Counted from the stretch's first letter, positions 41,386 to 54,779 are shown. The stretch is 64,000 nt of DNA from Octopus vulgaris (GCA_951406725.2 OX597821.1:80166001-80230000), one strand, 5' to 3'. Program-made: numbers and translations. Notes: generated by a model not told the origin, from the sequence alone.

Positions 41386-41512
41386 ATCTCTGATGAGGCC
41401 TTGGGATATTTTTGTAAGTGTCTCATTTATAACCACATATGAACTTATCACACCGGGCTAATATTAGCATAATGAGATACCCATATCTGCATGGCTGAAA
41501 CAGCTGTAAGAT
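41386..41512 (+). ncRNA. Type-I hammerhead ribozyme with extended helix II (Penelope-type)
   Basis: atct-CTGATGA-GGCC...[92 nt]...GGCT-GAAA-C-AGCT-GTA-agat: full core, helix I ATCT/AGAT, palindromic helix III; paralog at 62578-62704. Confidence 0.7.
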
Positions 41513-41753
41513 GTAGTTTATATCTATATTTATATTTATTTATATTCACTTATACATATTGTACTTATTGTATCATATTACTCATTGATGTGCATTGTTT
41601 TGTTCTATATTATTATGTTTGACCTTGATGTTTATATGTAGTGGGTTAATAAATTATGTGATTGGGTATTATCTGGTAGTTGATTATTGATTAAGGTGTA
41701 TTTCTCCATTCTCTTATTTTATATATGTATATATATATATATACATATGTATA

Positions 41754-42680
41754 TAATAAATTAATAAATAAATAAAACATATGCATATATACATACATAT
41801 ATGTACGTACCTACCTTTACATGTATATATACATGCATATATGAGTACAGGACACAAAAAAACGTCGAACACAATGAGAAACGAAAACATAAACACAAAA
41901 CCAAGGAAAATGGACATTTTTCTTAAACAACGAAAAAATAGAGTACAGGACATACAAAACAAGGAAAATTCCCCTTCTTCAGTCGCCTTTGTTTCATCTA
42001 CTCCACGTTTCGAAGGTCAAGGCGATACATGACTTTAATGAAACAATCCTTCCCGCGAAAATCAAATTAAATAAAATTTGAGATTTTTTTGCGGAGGGGT
42101 AAAAATGGTAACAAAAACAGGACAGTAACGACAGTACAAATTATAAACAGTAAAATACAGGACAAGGAGAATAACAGTAACACAAAAAAAGAAGGGCTGT
42201 TAAGCCGAACGTGATAAATTTTTTTACGAACGCTATTCTTTGAGAACGGCGAGGGAGCAACAGATGTGCCGCCTCTACTTGAAGGTAGCCAGGAGAAGAA
42301 AGACAGTAGCAGAGTTCTCGTCGCGGGTCAACGACGGGAGGGAGGAGGAGGAGTAAGAGAAAGGGAGAGAAAAAAGAGAATGGTTGTAGAGAAAAGAATG
42401 AAGAATGAGAGAGAGAGAGAGAGGGAGAGACAGTAAGGTAGAAGAAAAGGAAAGCCAAAAGAATGAAGGCTGAGAAAGGGAGGGGGAGAGAAAGGTTAAG
42501 AGTGCGCATCATTATTAATATTAAGAACAATCTTACTTAGAAATGGATGCGTTCGTTCCGTTATATAATAAATTAATAAATAAAACATGCATATATACAT
42601 ACATATATGTACGTACCTACCTCGACATGTATATATACATGCATATTTGGGTACAGGACACCAAAAAAAACCTCGAACAT
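41754..42680. mobile_element. Unclassified element bounded by ~115-bp direct repeats
   Basis: taataaattaataaat...gtacgtacctacct...gtacaggacac...tcgaaca occurs at ~41754-41871 and ~42565-42679. Confidence 0.6.
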
Positions 42681-42963
42681 ATATATATATATATATGCAT
42701 TTATAGTTTACTTCTTGTGCCTTCTTATCTAGATGTATTATTCATCGTAGGCATGTGTGTCTATATCTGTGTGTACGCACGCGCGCACGCTTCTACATCT
42801 AATGTCACAGGTGCTATAAGTTAAAAAACCCCACTAATATTCTGGCAGTTTATGTCTTCTGACGAGTAAATTTCGGTCATAAAAAGAACAGAAATCATGT
42901 TTTACTGCCCAGGCGAAAACTCAGTAGTAGTTGAAAAATGTGCCCAGAGACAAATACATTTAG

Positions 42964-43020
<57 letters not shown>

Positions 43021-43379
43021 CGTACATATACATCGAATGTATTACGCCACCAATAAACAAAAGCGTAGCCGTAACTAATAAAACTCAACTAAAATATTAC
43101 GTCAAAGTTTTAACTGTTACATAAAAATTATTCATTATATGTTTAATTATAGTAGATACTTAAGTGGAGTTTTATATCTGAGTCTAGCATATGTCTCGAA
43201 TTATAAAGCAATGCATTGTGTGAGTGTGTGTGTGTATGTGTGTGTGTGTGTGTATCAAAATAGATAAATAGATAGTGTATATATATATATATATACATAT
43301 ATATGTATTTAAAGATAAATAAATAGGTAGATATACGCATACATGCATACATACATACATATATGCACACATACACACA

Positions 43380-43433
<54 letters not shown>

Positions 43434-43651
43434 AATGTATTTATTATATAAATGCCTGTATAAATATATACATGCATACACACACAAGCACCAGGAAACA
43501 AAGAAACACACACGTATACAGAAGGGATGGACGAAAAGAGGGACACCTGTTGCGGAATCCAAGACGATATTTGATGAGATATTACACAGTGAAGAGCATA
43601 GCTAATGGCGACTTGAATATACATCTCTAATCATTCGAGGATTTGGTCATC

Positions 43652-43694
<43 letters not shown>

Positions 43695-43716
43695 TAATAA
43701 TAATAATAATAATAAT

Positions 43717-44472
<756 letters not shown>

Positions 44473-44979
44473 TAGTGTCTTTTAAACAGCGGATGAAAGC
44501 TTCAGAGACACAAGAAATTATGAGAAAAGGTGTTTCTGGGGCAAATATGCCTCTCCCACCTGGGCTTATAACATCATTAATGGGACATCAGCTTTTAGCT
44601 CATAGACTTTAAGCTCCTTCAGTGCAACCATTCCAATTGGTCCCTTCGTTACAAACGAGTGATTTTTCTTACGCCTCGCTGCAGGATTAAACCTCCATGC
44701 TGAACATTGAGTGGCGGGTTGAATGCGATTGTACTTGTATAACATGACTGACAAGCTGAGAGATGTCACGCTGGAGCATATCCCGTGTTCCGCTTCTGGC
44801 CATTTGACAGCAACACATTCAAGACAGACATCAGTGTGTATGCGTGCGCGTAAAGCGTACGCGCAACGAACATAAGCGCGCGCGAACACACGCACATGTA
44901 CGCCTCTATATTGGCATAGATTCATATATATACTTATGTATGTAAGTACGTATGTATATATTATATATTATGCATTATA

Positions 44980-45035
<56 letters not shown>

Positions 45036-45216
45036 CCAAGTGTACGCGTGTATACATGTAGGAAAATGTGTGTATATATACATACAGGCATATATATGTA
45101 TATACATATACATATATACACGCGCGCGTGTGTGTGGGTGGGTGTTAGCGAGTAATGAGAGAAATAAAGAGAGAAAAGCAGGACCGTCTGAATGCAAATA
45201 TGTTATTGTTGTTAAT

Positions 45217-45499
45217 GTTGTTTGTTCCTTCTCGAGTCATGCGTGGCTCATAAGAGCCGGTTTCCCGGTTTCATTGGCGTATAGGTTCCCCACCTGAACA
45301 GAAAACCGGTCCATCGCAGGTGAGCCTCAAAATGCAGGAGGAAAGAGTGAGAAAAAGTTGTGGCGAAAGAGTCAGCAGAAATTCACCATTACCTTCTGCC
45401 GGAGCTTAGGTGTTTCACACATCACCCGGTCTGAGATTCGAACCTACGATCCCTCGACCGCGAGTCCGCTGCTCTAACCACTAGGCCATGTTCCTCCAC
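45217..45499 (-). mobile_element. SINE family C
   Basis: Matches other C copies with small deletions. Confidence 0.88.
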
Positions 45500-45649
45500 A
45501 TATGCGAATATATGTACGCTAATGTTCCCCAAACTTGGTATATTCTTCAACATACTATTCCAATGATCAGCAGAGAGTAGAAAATTAAATGGCAATCAGA
45601 AATATTAACTACAACAAGCAGCCCGCTCCTCCTCCTCCTCCTCCTCCTC

Positions 45650-45706
<57 letters not shown>

Positions 45707-45766
45707 TCATCACCACCAAAACTACGACTACACTACTGCTACCACCACGATGACTACCACCACCAC

Positions 45767-45827
<61 letters not shown>

Positions 45828-45847
45828 GTAATAATAATAATAATAAC

Positions 45848-45906
<59 letters not shown>

Positions 45907-46154
45907 CGGGAGTGGGGAACAATGAAACTTTCCCTCCAAGATAGAAACTGTTTCAAGTCATTGATTTAATTATTACACATATGTTCTCCCATTAAATAAC
46001 TTCCAACTTTTTTTTTCGACTATGAGCTAGAATCATTCTACTCGTAACTAAAGACCACCACTCCTCTTATTGGCATAACTCTCCGTCCTTTAAAACTAAC
46101 AATCACAAAGGCAGCAACAGCAGCAATAACAATAACAACAATAACAGCAGCAGC

Positions 46155-46305
46155 AGTGGAAGCGCAGTGGCCCAGGGATTAGGGCAGCGGACTCGCGGTC
46201 GTAAGAACGCGGTTTCAATTCCCAAACACACCTAAGCTCCACGAGGCTCCGGCGTGGGCGGGTGGTGAACCCCGCTGTACTCTTTCACCACTACTTTCTC
46301 TCTCT
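46155..46305 (+). mobile_element. Partial SINE family C
   Basis: gcagcggactcgcggtc...cacctaagctccacgaggctccggc. Confidence 0.75.
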
Positions 46306-46330
46306 CTAATGGCGTGAGTCCTGATTGGGA

Positions 46331-46454
46331 GAAGAAGAAGAAGAAGAAGAAGAAGAAGAAGAAGAAGAAGAAGAAGAAGAAGAAGAAGAAGAAGAAGAAG
46401 AAGAAGAAGAAGAAGAAGAAGAAGAAGAAGAAGAAGAAGAAGAAGAAGAAGAAG
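46331..46454. repeat. (GAA)n microsatellite
   Basis: Direct reading. Confidence 0.95.
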
Positions 46455-46644
46455 CAAAGAACTGATGCAAAAGTCTCTACGTTATTGAATCGCCTACTAG
46501 AATTATTGCTAAATCTCCCTAGAATCATAACCCTGTGCCTTAAAAGAAAGGAATCGCTATCAGTAATAAAAAATCGAGAGGGTCACGGCAGTATTGCTAT
46601 TGAACATATGCCTACTTGATCAAGGGTAACCCGGGGCTAAGCAA

Positions 46645-47100
46645 TAGTTTCAAATTTTGACAAAAGGGCATCGGTTTTATTGATAGGGTGTAAGTCGATT
46701 ACAATCGACCCGAGGTGGTCAACTGGTACTTAGTTTTTCGACCCCCATGTGTTTAAAGACAGAGAAGACCTTGACGGATATTGTACTCAGAACGTGAAAA
46801 GCCAGAAAAAATACCGCTAAGCAGCTTGTCCGGTGTGCTAACGATTCTGCCAGCTCGCTGCCTTCTTGAGACTAAAGAATATTTTTTTCTTCTAAAGTCA
46901 CAAGGCTTGAAATTTTGGTGGTGGGAGCTGGTTGACTACATCGGTCCCAGAGCTCAGCTGCAGCTATGCTTTTTTTTTCACCCCTGAAAGCATGAAATAC
47001 AAAGTAGACCTCTGCACAATTTGGATTCAGAACGTAAAGAACCGGAAGACACGCCGCCAGTTATCTTGTCCGATGTGTTGACGATTCTGCCAGCTCGTTG
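46645..47100 (-). mobile_element. Two tandem old family-B SINEs
   Basis: acgattctgccagctcg occurs twice with B bodies. Confidence 0.7.
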
Positions 47101-47288
47101 CGTTGCAGAGTTCCTCTTACTAAACATTAAATAATATTAGTGAAGAAATGCAAGAACAGGAATAAAAACAAAGGCTACAACATCTGTAGTATCTATGTAA
47201 ATGATTCGCGAAGCATACGACGTATTCGATAAATCATGTCGTACACAAGGACACGTGACGTAAACCGTAGATTATAATTGAAACAAAA

Positions 47289-47350
47289 ATGTTAGAACGA
47301 CTGACATACGTCGTAATTATGTTAGAACGACAGACATAGTCGTAATTATG
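47289..47350. repeat. Two-copy ~30-bp tandem duplication
   Basis: atgttagaacgac(t/a)gacata(c)gtcgtaatt twice. Confidence 0.85.
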
Positions 47351-47677
47351 ACAAAAAAATCTAATACGAAATGTCAGGTGACTCGGAAGACAAAGCAGCT
47401 AAGACTTTATAGTATATCATGATGCATAAATCCCATGGCAAGACATGAAATATGAATCATAACGTATAAAACATAAATCATAAAAATGATATATCATAAA
47501 ATGATACTTAGACTTTTGCAAATAGAATTAAATAATTTGTGACATTTGTCAGGTGATGGGTGTCATATAAACAGGAGAATATAATAAGACAAAACACGAC
47601 TCATGAGTATTCGTAAAGATATTTCAGTTTCATAGAACAATGTATATTATTTAAGTTCTTCGCAGAATTCAAGTTGG

Positions 47678-47720
<43 letters not shown>

Positions 47721-49029
47721 CACATACTCTAGCAGTATATTATTGGTCGTGGCATATCACTGTTTCGAATGTTACGGACTGTTTCACGCCGACTATTGGC
47801 AAGTGTAACAGTCAGTTCGGAAATGGTTTTATGTCGTAACCAGAAATATACCAAGGATATAGTTTAACAAAAAATAAAAAATTTAAAAAAATACAACCGT
47901 TGTATTTCTCTTTTAGAGCATGCTTTTTCTCTGGTTTATGGATTATCAATTGATCTTGTGCGTGTGTGTGTGTGTGTGTGTGTGTGAGTGAGATTATATA
48001 GAACTTGGACTACTTAGGCTATGTTCTCCAAAGTGCCCTTCCTTCTTTTAAATGTAGGTTGGTATTTGAGAGAGATTGGTTACTATATCAACTTTAACTG
48101 AACAGAACTATGAGCAAAGAGACTTGACATGTTTTGGTTTCTTTTCAATTCGAGTAACTTTGACATCTCTAAGACCATTCTAACAACCACTCATTAATGA
48201 AAACAAAAACACATCCTTGTTTCACAACGTACAATGAAACACCAATATATGCTAAAAACTTCCATCTTTTTTCAAGCAATGTATATCGAAGACTACATTA
48301 TTCAATATACCACTACCTTATTAATGCAACAGACTGCTACCTTTAGGGAGATTTAGCTGTTATTTCTTACTGGTCTAGCGACTGCCTAGAAGTTCTTTTT
48401 TTATCTCGTCAATAGTTATAAATTCTTTGGTCAATCCTGATCGAGAATCCCTACAATCGAAGTCATTGTAACGGTTACTGTACTATCTTTTAGGGATATG
48501 TATAACTATATTATCTCGTGTGCTTGTCGTATATCAGATGATGTGCTATAATTTAAGAGAGATTTCGTTGTTATATCAGTAGGTCGAGCGACAATGTAAA
48601 AGGGTCACGTGTTGAGCTGAGTTTTTATGGTGATGTAATACAGGGATACAATATATTGTCGTAGTTTGCTTAATGATACATGGTGTGGTGAAGTGTGATA
48701 AAATACTATATGGAGCACAGTGATAGTGTCATGGGTACACGAACTGAGTCAAAGTATGGGCGGTGACGTGATAGGGGTGGGGTAGGAATTAAGGCGGGAA
48801 AGCCGGTGGAAGACAGCAAAAGTTTTGTCAAGAGTGTAAATCTATACCATAACGTGATATATAATTTATGTTTTTTCCGTAAAATTCCTCCTCCTAACGC
48901 GCGCATACGCATACACAAATACATACATTATATGAGTATACGCTCGTACATAATGTATACATTAAAATGTGCGTGTATGTAAATATATATGTGAAAATAT
49001 ATGTGTGTATTTGTGCTTAAAGATATGTA

Positions 49030-49081
<52 letters not shown>

Positions 49082-49277
49082 AGCCTAAGAAACACGTGGT
49101 GTATTTACTGGTATGAAAGTAAAATTTACTGAGTTTGTATGCCGTTGTAAGTAGAAACTTGTGAATTTAAGGACAAATTTATACTTTAGGCAAGAGAAAT
49201 GGTAAGTGCGACATATTTTTGAGTTGTAGATGTTATGTTTAAACGGATCTGTAAATGTTGGTGTGCGCCTTCATGAA

Positions 49278-49885
49278 GGAAGCGAACTGGCAGAGTGGTT
49301 AGCACGCCGGGCGAAATGCGTAGCCGTATTTCGTCTACCATTACGTTCTGAGTTCAAATTCCGCCGAGGTCGACTTTGCCTTTCATCCCTTCGGGGTCAA
49401 TAAATTAAGTACCAGTTATGCACTGGTGTCGATAAAATCGACTTAATCCGTCTGTATGTCCTTGTTTGTCTCTTCTCTGTTTAGCCCCTTGTGAGTAGTA
49501 AAGAAATAGGTATTTCGTCTGCCGCTACGTTCTGAGTTCAAATTCCACCGAGGTCGACTTTGCCTTTGATCCTTTCGGGGTCGATAAATTAAGTACCACT
49601 TACGCACTGGGGTCGATGTAAATGACTTAATCCCTTTGTCTGTCCTTGTTTGTCCCCTCTATGCCCCTTGTGGGCAATAAAGAAATAAGAAACGTTAGCA
49701 CGCCGGGCGAAATACTTAGCGGTATTTGGTCTGTCTTATCGTTCTGAGTTCAAATTCCGCCGAGGTCGGCTTTACCTTTCATCCTTTCGGGATCGATAAA
49801 TTAAGTACCAGTTGCGTACTGGGGTCGAACTAATCGACTGGTCCCCTCGCCAAAATTTTCGGGCCTTGTGCCTAGAGTAGAAAAG
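49278..49885 (+). mobile_element. SINE family B, trimeric long form
   Basis: Three GAGTTCAAATTCC B boxes each followed by the B body; imperfect TSD gtgtgcgccttcatg / gtatgtgcctttatg. Confidence 0.9.
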
Positions 49886-50149
49886 TATGTGCCTTTATGC
49901 ATTGAGCATCATATTATTTCAGGTATTCAGGATAACTTTTTTAAAGACCAAATATGATATGAAGTGCGATTAGAAACGTTCGGTGGACAGTCAAATGTCG
50001 CAAATGAAACAGCTGGGTATGCTGACATGACCGGGTGTATGTAGGCAGTTTTCGTGTACAAATTGGTACTATTGGACCCTATAGTATAGCTAGCGGTGGT
50101 GTTGAGGGAGCCGTTCGCTCCAATTGTCGATTTTATGTGGGTGGGCACT

Positions 50150-50345
50150 TTTCGATCTGCTGCCTATTTTTTCTCTCTTCTCTTTTTTTGCTTCTCTCTG
50201 TGTTTTCTTTTCTCGTTTCTGTAGAAGAGCATATACTCGCAACGTTAAAAACGCTTTCATTTTTCCTGAGCGTCAAACTAATACACTTTGCTTGTAGTTC
50301 TCTCACCTTGTCTCTGTCTTCCGTTTCTTGCCTTCTTTTGTATAT
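50150..50345 (+). mobile_element. Penelope-type short repeat with a decayed minimal hammerhead
   Basis: cgttt-CTGTAGA-a-gagc-atat-actc-GCAA-cgtt-aaaaacg followed by ttcctgagcgtcaaactaataca. Confidence 0.6.
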
Positions 50346-50694
50346 GCTTGGGAACCTGCAGTGGGTGTGGGAACGGAAAACTGGAGGGTTTCTCGGGAAG
50401 CACACACTTTGGCTACGCCATTGATTTCACCCCTCTTAATTTCTCGTAAAATAATCAGAAATCCAACACAGTCAATGTGTTTCTCAATGTTATTGAATGC
50501 GTTTAGATGTATACAAATTGCATTCTCATAAGAAGAAATCAACATTCAAATATCGTATTCTTAATTGGAGAAATAAGCACAGGAGCAGCACGGCTCTGTA
50601 ACGTATCTATACTTGTAACAGCTTGTAGATGTGGTGGACTTGATCTCATTGGTAATCCTGATGTCTATTCTTTTTAGAAGACCAAAACGGCAAA

Positions 50695-50947
50695 TGTGGA
50701 GGCGCGTGGCTTAGTGGTTAGGGTGTCAGCATCATGACTGTAAGATTGTGGTTTCGATTCCTGGACCAGGCGACGCGTTGTCTTCTTGAGCAAAACACTT
50801 CATTTAACGTTGCTCCAGTCCACTCAGCTGGCAAAAGTGAGTAACGCTGCGATGGACTGGAGTCCCGTTCAGCTGAGGAACACATACACCATAGAAACCG
50901 GGAAACCGGGTCCATGATGCTGGCTAGGCCTTAAAAGGGCGCATTTA
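50695..50947 (+). mobile_element. tRNA-derived SINE family D
   Basis: A box TGGCTTAGTGG, B box GTTTCGATTCC, CORE-like ttcttgagcaaaacactt, 3' half shared with family C. Confidence 0.85.
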
Positions 50948-51335
50948 TTTTTTTTATTTTAAAACGGCAAAAAGCATCGCGCATGTTAATAGCCAGGGTT
51001 GAGTGGATGTCAAAGAATGTGGGACCAAATTAGTCGACGCTGTAAGTAAAGACCCGTCTATGATACAGAATCGGTGGATAAGCATCAGAGAGAGAAAGAT
51101 TATAATAAAGACATCAAAGACAAAAGGGAGAAAGAGTAAATGCGGTTGTCGTGGTAGGAAAGGAAGGGAGATATGAGAAGAAGGAGGAGGAGGAAGGGAG
51201 GGGGTCGTTGGAAGACAGAAATGTTAGGAAAATAACTCAGGCTGGAGTTTAACCTTTCTATTTAGTCTCCATGAAAGAACAGCGAACGCACACTGAGACG
51301 CATTACTCACACAAATAAACACTACCTATGTACAT

Positions 51336-51377
<42 letters not shown>

Positions 51378-51821
51378 CACGTATAATATATTTATATGCG
51401 CACATGTTTAAACTCACTCATATTTATATGTGCATGTATATATATGTGTGTGTGTGTATGTATGTATATATTTCCACTCATATATGTATAATTATAGATA
51501 TATACATGTGTATGTGTATGGTGTATGTGCGTCAGTCACACAGACGCGTGTATATATATATATGTGTGTGTGTGTGTGCTTTGCAAATAACTTGCACATG
51601 CAAGTGCTACCAGTCGAAAGCATCGCATACCGGAAGCTAGCAAGTGTATGAGGTTATTAGGAGAGAATGCGCGTCTACCTCTCGACGGCATCATTGCGCA
51701 CCGGCTCCGCCTCACTCACATGGGACCCCGCTTCTAAGATCAACTGGTGATCAAACATAGCTTAACATTCTTCTAGCCATTGCTCAACGTCTCTTTTTAA
51801 CCAAATCCTTTTCCACTGTAG

Positions 51822-51890
51822 TTTGGATATCGCTCATGGTGGTATTTGCTTTACAATGAGTTAAAACTCGCCAGTCAAACGGCGTCTTTC
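51822..51890 (+). CDS. Candidate 69-nt internal exon (FGYRSWWYLLYNELKLASQTASF), unidentified
   Basis: Branch-like ttttaac, acceptor ccttttccactgtag, donor gtaagt; only the phase 0/0 frame is open. Confidence 0.3.
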
Positions 51891-53123
51891 GTAAGTTATA
51901 TAAAATATATAATTGCAACGCAACAGCTTTGTAACACAAGTACTTAATGACCCGAGGTCCAGTTCCTACATGGAACTGTTCACAATTTCAGAGATTAATA
52001 ACCTGGTATCTCTTCAGCGACGACCGAGAATTCTAAGCAGATTTTAATGTCGCTTTCCCTTTAAGAACGGGGAGTGTAAACTCCAACAGTCACAATATTT
52101 CTGTGAGGAGCAGCGAATCTAAGAATTATTAGCAATGAAGCGACAATGATGGAACAATGGCAAAAGTTTATAATTAGCAGATTGTGTGGAGCCATCATCA
52201 GCGGACACAAAGCATGTTGACAAAAAAAAAATAATAAATGCGCAGGCTGGATAAAGTATTAAAATACGCACACTCGCGCCGCGAGTTTGTTCGTAACCCA
52301 GTGCCACGGTTTCCATGCCTTTGTATAAAAGCCTCTTCCTTTTCTGTGCATTGGTTTATATGGCTGCAATGTGTAAAAGCTACCATCCAAATTGTGAGTG
52401 GATGTCGTCTTCTGCATATGAGTGTCTCATGTTTAGCAAATGCGAATCTCAACTTGAAACAGATTTTCATGACGCCTCATTCTTCAGACGAAAATGAATA
52501 CATTTATCATATTACAAATGTGAAGAGGAAAAGCACGACTCCCTATACAACCTTCCCCTCTCCATCACAAACAAAATCGCTTTACGTCTATATAAGAATC
52601 AACTATTGCTATCGGATATATTAGCTGAGGTGATGTGGGGAGGAGAAGAAATGGGGGAGTTCCGAATAAAATCCTTTGAGGGATTTAGTTACAGCCCTTT
52701 AAATTTATGAGCTTCTGAATACAGTTGGGTCAACTTTGTCTTTAATCTTTCTACGGTCGGTAAAATAAGTAACTACTAAGCAGTGAGTTCAATATACTCG
52801 AATGTAGCTTCCACTCTTTCAAATCTGTGACCTCCACCCTTTAAAATGTGTGACCCAGTACCTGCATTTAAACCGCCGATGTCTATACTTTTAGACAAAA
52901 ATAATCTTGCACATGCTAAGGTGCTTTCATTGCTCTTTATTCACTTGTTTATATTTTACTTTATTTATTATTGTTATTTACGAGTTTCAAATGAAATCGG
53001 ATGGATTCCGGGTGGAATCTAGTTAACGACACTTCATTCACGCTTCGTTCCACCTCATTTACACGGTTAATGTCTGCCTTTAAGAAAGTTATGTATCCCA
53101 CACACGATTTCATCAATGGTTTT

Positions 53124-53124
53124 A

Positions 53125-53170
<46 letters not shown>

Positions 53171-53171
53171 G

Positions 53172-53206
<35 letters not shown>

Positions 53207-53240
53207 GATTATTATTATTATTATTATTATCATCATTATT
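53124..53240. repeat. (ATT)n microsatellite
   Basis: Direct reading. Confidence 0.95.
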
Positions 53241-53449
53241 GCAAAAATGAACAGAATTCTAGTGTAGGAATCGTTTGAGTCGCTGAGACGGTGGAACAGT
53301 TTCATTACCCAGTTGAATCTGCTCCATTTAATTACACCACAAGAAAACGGAGCTTTTGTTCAGAATTTCTCTAGAAAGCCCTAGACTTTAGTACTTCTCT
53401 AGACATATAAAGAACTTGACTAAACTCCTCTTAATGTATGAAAATAATA

Positions 53450-53985
53450 ATCTTTTCAAATTTTGACATGAGGCATGCCGTTTTGAGGGGATAAGGTTAG
53501 TCGATATTGCTCCACTTACTTGACTTGTATTGCATTTCATCGACCCCGGAAGAATAAAAGACAAAGTTAACTTTGGTAGAATTCGAACTCATAATGTAAT
53601 GAACGGGAAGAAATACTGCAGAGCATTTTTTTCGATGTTGTAACGATTCTGCCAGTTCACAGCCTTGATGTATGCAAATAATGACTTCAAATTTTGGCAC
53701 GATGCCAGCAAGTTTGGGGGACGGGGGCTAATCGATTATGTCGGTCCTAATACTGAAATGATACTTATTTTATAGACCGTGAAAGCATGAAAGGCAAATC
53801 GACCAGGACGGCATTTGGACTCAGACCGGAAAGATGAATGCTGATACTTATTTCATCGACTCCGAAAGTATGAAAGGCAAACTCGACCCCGGTGGTATTT
53901 GAACTCAAAACTTAAATCCAGAAGACATGTGGCTTAGCAATTCTTTCATCCTGCATACAAACGATTCCGTTAGCTCACCGCCTTA
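53450..53985 (-). mobile_element. Tandem old family-B SINEs
   Basis: Repeated tttcatcgac..cg.aag..tgaaaggcaaa and aacgattc motifs. Confidence 0.7.
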
Positions 53986-54779
53986 ATATATGCAAATAAT
54001 AATAATAACAATTTTTAATGAAAGATTTTGCCGTTTATTCACGTAATCATTCTAATGCCTAAATCTATGAGCTTTGGTCACTGACACAACACATTGTTTT
54101 TGTGAGTTCGTTCATAAATACTTCACGGTGCTGATGAGCCTTTTCGTAGACACAATGCTTTGCTGCGAGTTTGCTTATAGACACAACACACTGTTGTTAC
54201 TAGCATGAACACTGGAACACCACAATGCTTACTAACTTTCATCATAAACTCGGCATTCTCCAATCGTTTCAGGATATCAAATATCAAGTAGTTTTATTAT
54301 TGCTAATATTGTCGCTATTGCTGCAGCCATTTTTGCTTTTTAGTGCTATGTTAATCCTAGTTTAAGTAGGCCTTTGATCAGAGGGCATCCAGCCGTAACC
54401 AGCACGTCTTTTTTAATTATCAAAGACTACATTATCCGATGTATAATTTTTAAAGATGACAGGAAGAGTTAGCTAATATTTCTGGCAGGTTGAAGAATAT
54501 AACTCTACTCAAGCAGATAATTTTTTTTAGAGTTGTTGATTTATTTTTCTCATATCATATAAATTACATAACATATTGTAACACGATATTTTATCAGCTA
54601 AAACATTCTGAATATTGCTTTGATGTCGGCCATTTTTTTTTCAATTTCCATTGATGGTTGAGTATACGTGCATATTAGAATTAAGCGTTTTACACGTTCT
54701 AATGTACAAATATAACAATCGGAAGCTCCCATGATTTCTTTTCAAGAATAACAAAACCCAATCAAGCATCGATATTTTT

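Noticed and set aside
41965-42025. Possible type-II hammerhead on the minus strand (GAAAC...GUA...CUGAAGA)
   Set aside because: Helix I cannot form between the cleavage site and the core.
47289-49885. CRISPR-like or other prokaryotic repeat arrays
   Set aside because: The repeats are a simple tandem duplication and multimeric SINE units without unique spacers; the DNA is eukaryotic and no cas genes are present.
52450-52492. Minus-strand CUGAAGA-AUGA-GGCG-UCAU-GAAA hammerhead-like core
   Set aside because: No helix I pairing and no paralog in the window; compatible with chance.
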